A DNA stretch of 41,829 nt from Mycoplasmatota bacterium (lineage in GTDB: Bacteria > Bacillota_I > Bacilli_A > RF39 > UBA660): positions 1-41,829 of the forward strand of contig JALEND010000069.1 of assembly GCA_022768045.1 (NCBI GenBank), read 5' to 3'. Shown piece after piece: positions 38,284-41,829 of this stretch. The notes below the pieces were generated by a model. It made no database searches. It saw only the letters and a list, made by a program, of their open reading frames with translations, and was not told where the DNA came from. How positions within the stretch are numbered: the stretch's first letter is position 1; every line of letters starts with the position of its first letter. The position numbers and the translations under genes are program-made.

Positions 38284-41200
38284 CTATTCTACCTCCTAAT
38301 ATTTGAAGATCACTTATATATGCATTATTAACAAATGATCCTGCTTCTTTACTAGATATATCAAACGATATAGTTAAATATTCCTTATCATTTTCTTTAA
38401 TTAACTTATCACTTAATGAAGTGTTTAATAAAGAACCATCTTCCTGAACTTTCCAATTTTTATTTTCATCATACTTATCATTGAAAGTCATACCATCAGG
38501 TATACTTTCTATTACACTTTTAACATAACCTGGGTAATACATAACATTTTGAATTTCTAATAGATAAGTTACTTTTATTTTTACCTTACTCATATTTCTA
38601 ACATCTAATTTAGCTAACTTAGTTTTACCATAATCTTTTGTTGTTTTAACGCCTAATGAATCAGTAATTTCTGCTTTAGTAATATATTTAGAGATTTTTG
38701 GCTTAAATGATTTTCTAAGTGTTAATCCTAAGTTAACATATCTATAAATTCTTGTTTCAGATGTTATTAATAAATCATCGGTTCTAATCGTAGATACTTT
38801 TTTCTTCTTATCTGTTGAATCTTTATTATTTTCATTATTATCATCAGATGATGAATCACTACCAGATGAATCTGAATTAGATTGATCTGTGCCATTAGTA
38901 TCAGAAGATGAAGAATCATTATCTGACGAATCATTATTTGAATCGTTTGTTATACCATCTTCAACATAAGTTATATCTTCTCTAAAGACAGATATTTTAC
39001 TCTTATCATAATAATCTTCAGAAGGTCTTGTTGTTAAACCATATTTTTCAGTGTTAAATGAAGCTGTTATATAGTACTTGCCTTCCGCAACTCCAGTAAA
39101 TGTATATTTTCCATTACTATTAGAAGTTGTTGTATCAAGAAGTTCATCTGTATTAGAATCATATAATTTTAATATAACTCCCTCTACTTTTTTCTCACTA
39201 TCATCCATGATTCCGTTTACCGTAAAGTCTTCAAATACATCTCCTGTTATCTTTTTACTTATTACCTCAAGTGAAATTTGATGGAATTGAGAATAAGCTG
39301 AATCTTCTTTATAAGTTCTATAACTATCAAATTTATATACATCCGCTGGATTATTATCCTTGATTGTATATTTCATATTTGTTTCTATACTAGCATTCGG
39401 TAAAAGCTGTGAATATTTTAGACGATAAGCAGTAAACCCACTATATGAACCACTAGCTGTTTTATATTTATCACAACTTGTCCATTCAATTAAATTTGAA
39501 TTTACAACAGAATCTTTTGTAACATTACTAGGATCTGTATTAGTACACATAACTTCTGATAAACTACCAGATACCTTAGGAAGCATAATTTCAAATGTAC
39601 CTGAGTATCCTTTTGTAGCATTATTAGCAACATAAGGAACTATTGAATATGCATACAAATCATTAAATGTTTTATCAGTGTTATTATGGAATTTTATAGA
39701 ATGAATAAAGTTTTCATTCTTATCAACATTTGACACATAATGTGTTCCATCTTCGTTATATAAATATTGACCGTATGAAACATCTAGTGTATTTTTAATA
39801 TTTAATGTTTTTGATAATGATTTAAAGTTTACATAATCAGAAACATCATTATATATAGAGTTTGTTTTTGCTGTACCATTATCTGATAATATAATTTCTG
39901 ATGTTGTTGATTTAATAACTATATTACTTGTATCAGCATTTACATCTATATTGAAATCAAAGTACAAAGGTTCAATCCAAGTATTTGGTTCTACTCCTGT
40001 ATATGTATATGTTAATGTTGTTTCTCCGTTAGCATTATAAGATATAGTTGGAATAATTGTATTATAATTTTCATTATATACATAGTTAACACCCTTTGGT
40101 AATGTTACAAAAGCTTTAACAGAACTTATTGTATTATATCCTAATGACGCTGATGATAAGTTTAATGCTGGCGAAATAACATCAGTAAATAACGCTGCTC
40201 TATAGGTATCATTTTTTGAAGCATCAAACGTTAATTCTTCTGCATCAACTAATGAACTATTATCCTCATCACTAACAGACTTACCAAATCTTAATTCAGA
40301 TCTAACCTTATAAGGAGTAATATAAGTATCTGGAGTTGCTGCAGTTTTTACCAACGTAGTATTACCAGATGCAAATGTAACTCCAGCGTTATTAAATTTT
40401 AGAGTTGATACATCTTGTACAGAAGTGATTGTTTTAACCCTATATTTAGTACTCAATTCTACCACAGATCCTGGTTCTATATCTATATTAGTAATGTTTA
40501 CTTTTATAGATGTAATAGTATCTGTACCACTTTGATAAGAATCTGGATCATATTCAGTACCAGTTTTTCCTACCCACTTAACAGAATATACTGGCAATTT
40601 AGAACTATCAGAAGTTCCATATGATACTCCATCCCCATCAACTATATCACATTCAATAAATCTATTTGAATTACTAGAATCAATAGTATCATATATAGCT
40701 ATTGGATTTAAATTTATATCTACAGGTATTGTAACATCTAAACTTTTTAAATTTGAATCAGCATCATATCCATAGTTAAAAATTGTTTCAAGTGTAACAT
40801 CTTCTCCCATAGCAGCTGTATAATATTTATTAGGTTTTACTGAATCAACTTTCTGATTAGCACCCTTTTCTACTATATATAAATTATTTTCTGAAGAATT
40901 TGTTCCTATTGAACTATTGCTAGCATCAACACATTTTGAATTTGAATTACTACCATCTTGTTTCATAGATGCATACATACATATTTTAGTTTCTGTTGTT
41001 GCATTTGAAACAGCCTCTGTTGTTGCAAAATATGAACCTACTGCATAAAATGATGTTCCATTAAGTTTTGTAAATGTACTTGCACTATTAGAAAACTTAA
41101 TATCTTTAATCTTAAATAAGTATGAAGATATATCAACAGTAATAACCTTTGTTAATGAAACTTCATAATAAGAATTAGTTATTTTTGTTTTTAAAGTATT

Positions 41201-41829
41201 TTGTCCTAATGATAAGTTGCTTACTTCACTTCCATCAGAATTTAAAATACTACATGATTCTGAACTAGTACATGATTTTGCGTTTAAGTCCCATGTTCCA
41301 CCAGCTTTTCTTACATAATACTTATTATTAGAAGCTATATTCTTTGATAAATCCCATCCAGCTACAGAATAGTTTTTAACTCCATAAGCTGGAACTGTTA
41401 TTTCAGATGATAAATTTTCTTTTATAACCAATTTTCTTGATATAACATATTTATCAGTTACCTCATCTTTATACGATTGATATAATGTACCAACATATGT
41501 TTTTAAATCATCAGGTGCTATTATCTGCGCTGAATCTATTTTTCCATCAACTGGAGCTGATTTACTATATGTTACATTAACAGTATTAGCCTTAACATTA
41601 TTTTTTATATATCCTAACTTAGTAATCCAATTTCCTGCACCGTTTTCGTTTATCAATTCTCCTTTTTTTAACGTTAAACTTTTTGGTCCGATTAACTGAT
41701 AATCCCCCTCTGAATCTTTTATTATTACTTTTCTCTTTATAGTTGTAGTAGCATTATTATTTTCATTTGCTATTTGATACTCAATATAATAAGTTCCTGC
41801 TTGTGATGATTGATTAAATGTAGGAGATA
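38264..41829 (-). CDS. Very large secreted surface protein (5' end beyond the right window edge; at least 1188 codons visible)
   Basis: The track ORF starts at a TTG at 41656, but the frame stays open to 41829. My translation of that stretch is ...SPTFNQSSQAGTYYIEYQIANENNNATTTIKRKVIIKDSEGDYQLIGPKSLTLKKGE-LINENG..., an Ig-like strand pattern, so the gene is truncated by the window. The visible part has beta-rich repeats, an SdrD-B/Cna-B-like domain (ITGDVFEDFTVNGIMDDSEKKVEGVILKLYD...GKYTFTGVAEGKYYI), a Ser/Asp/Asn-rich linker and a DUF11-like C-terminal domain. There is no C-terminal anchor. It overlaps the next gene by 20 nt. Confidence 0.8.
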   Translation of the reverse strand, partial: SPTFNQSSQAGTYYIEYQIANENNNATTTIKRKVIIKDSEGDYQLIGPKSLTLKKGELINENGAGNWITKLGYIKNNVKANTVNVTYSKSAPVDGKIDSAQIIAPDDLKTYVGTLYQSYKDEVTDKYVISRKLVIKENLSSEITVPAYGVKNYSVAGWDLSKNIASNNKYYVRKAGGTWDLNAKSCTSSESCSILNSDGSEVSNLSLGQNTLKTKITNSYYEVSLTKVITVDISSYLFKIKDIKFSNSASTFTKLNGTSFYAVGSYFATTEAVSNATTETKICMYASMKQDGSNSNSKCVDASNSSIGTNSSENNLYIVEKGANQKVDSVKPNKYYTAAMGEDVTLETIFNYGYDADSNLKSLDVTIPVDINLNPIAIYDTIDSSNSNRFIECDIVDGDGVSYGTSDSSKLPVYSVKWVGKTGTEYDPDSYQSGTDTITSIKVNITNIDIEPGSVVELSTKYRVKTITSVQDVSTLKFNNAGVTFASGNTTLVKTAATPDTYITPYKVRSELRFGKSVSDEDNSSLVDAEELTFDASKNDTYRAALFTDVISPALNLSSASLGYNTISSVKAFVTLPKGVNYVYNENYNTIIPTISYNANGETTLTYTYTGVEPNTWIEPLYFDFNIDVNADTSNIVIKSTTSEIILSDNGTAKTNSIYNDVSDYVNFKSLSKTLNIKNTLDVSYGQYLYNEDGTHYVSNVDKNENFIHSIKFHNNTDKTFNDLYAYSIVPYVANNATKGYSGTFEIMLPKVSGSLSEVMCTNTDPSNVTKDSVVNSNLIEWTSCDKYKTASGSYSGFTAYRLKYSQLLPNASIETNMKYTIKDNNPADVYKFDSYRTYKEDSAYSQFHQISLEVISKKITGDVFEDFTVNGIMDDSEKKVEGVILKLYDSNTDELLDTTTSNSNGKYTFTGVAEGKYYITASFNTEKYGLTTRPSEDYYDKSKISVFREDITYVEDGITNDSNNDSSDNDSSSSDTNGTDQSNSDSSGSDSSSDDNNENNKDSTDKKKKVSTIRTDDLLITSETRIYRYVNLGLTLRKSFKPKISKYITKAEITDSLGVKTTKDYGKTKLAKLDVRNMSKVKIKVTYLLEIQNVMYYPGYVKSVIESIPDGMTFNDKYDENKNWKVQEDGSLLNTSLSDKLIKENDKEYLTISFDISSKEAGSFVNNAYISDLQILGGRIDETESK

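Noticed and set aside
38093-40624. Plus-strand ORFs 38093-38299, 39078-39281 and 40415-40624
   Set aside because: They are antisense to the two large surface-protein genes. They are short and have no RBS.
1-41829. Alternative genetic code (TGA=Trp, Mollicutes-like), mobile elements, CRISPR arrays, and tRNA or rRNA genes
   Set aside because: All long conserved genes (rpoB, rpoC, ftsH, argS) read through intact with the standard code, and TGG is used for Trp. I saw no direct-repeat/spacer arrays, inverted terminal repeats, transposase or integrase-like ORFs, or tRNA-like T-arm sequences in the short intergenic regions.

Overview
This is a visibly AT-rich, very gene-dense chromosomal core segment from a low-GC, endospore-forming Bacillota member. 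It holds about 40 protein genes, all but two on the minus strand. I found no rRNA, tRNA, CRISPR array, transposase or integrase.

The window joins several blocks that are each syntenic with Bacillus subtilis:
- fusA'(partial)-rpsG-rpsL
- rpmE
- murA-fba
- mntP-spoIIR-prmC-prfA-rpoE
- DUF1934(ywiB)-argS
- a class A PBP (+ strand)
- tilS-ftsH
- uvsE (+ strand)
- rplK-rplA-rplJ-rplL, a ybxB-like methyltransferase, then rpoB-rpoC
- mrnC-rlmB-sigH-secE-nusG
- yabP-yabQ-divIC

Several near-consensus sigma-A promoters, rho-independent terminators and a structured rplJ (L10) leader can be read directly from the sequence.

Non-core insertions between these blocks:
- a membrane-anchored SGNH/GDSL hydrolase
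- a 567-aa two-TM Thr/Ser-rich orphan
- a 588-aa orphan wedged, with overlap, between prfA and prmC
- a 259-aa protein with kinase-like motifs and a 106-aa orphan, each with its own promoter and terminator, between rplL and rpoB
- at the right edge, a translationally coupled pair of very large surface proteins. One is an unanchored protein of more than 1188 aa that runs off the window. The other is a 783-aa candidate thioester-type adhesin with SpaA/Cna-B domains and a non-canonical C-terminal anchor.

I do not recognise a known or clear-cut multi-gene defence or mobile system. The best candidates for undescribed biology are the prfA-X-prmC arrangement, the adhesin pair and the rplL-rpoB inserts.

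Residue-level oddities in core genes, all read directly from the sequence:
- RpoB carries Asn at the H526-equivalent position.
- S12 reads KDLIG instead of KDLPG.
- RF1 reads NGGQG instead of AGGQH.
- Two genes (mntP and the PBP) appear to start at AUA.
- FtsH has a Rho_N/SAP-like C-terminal tail.
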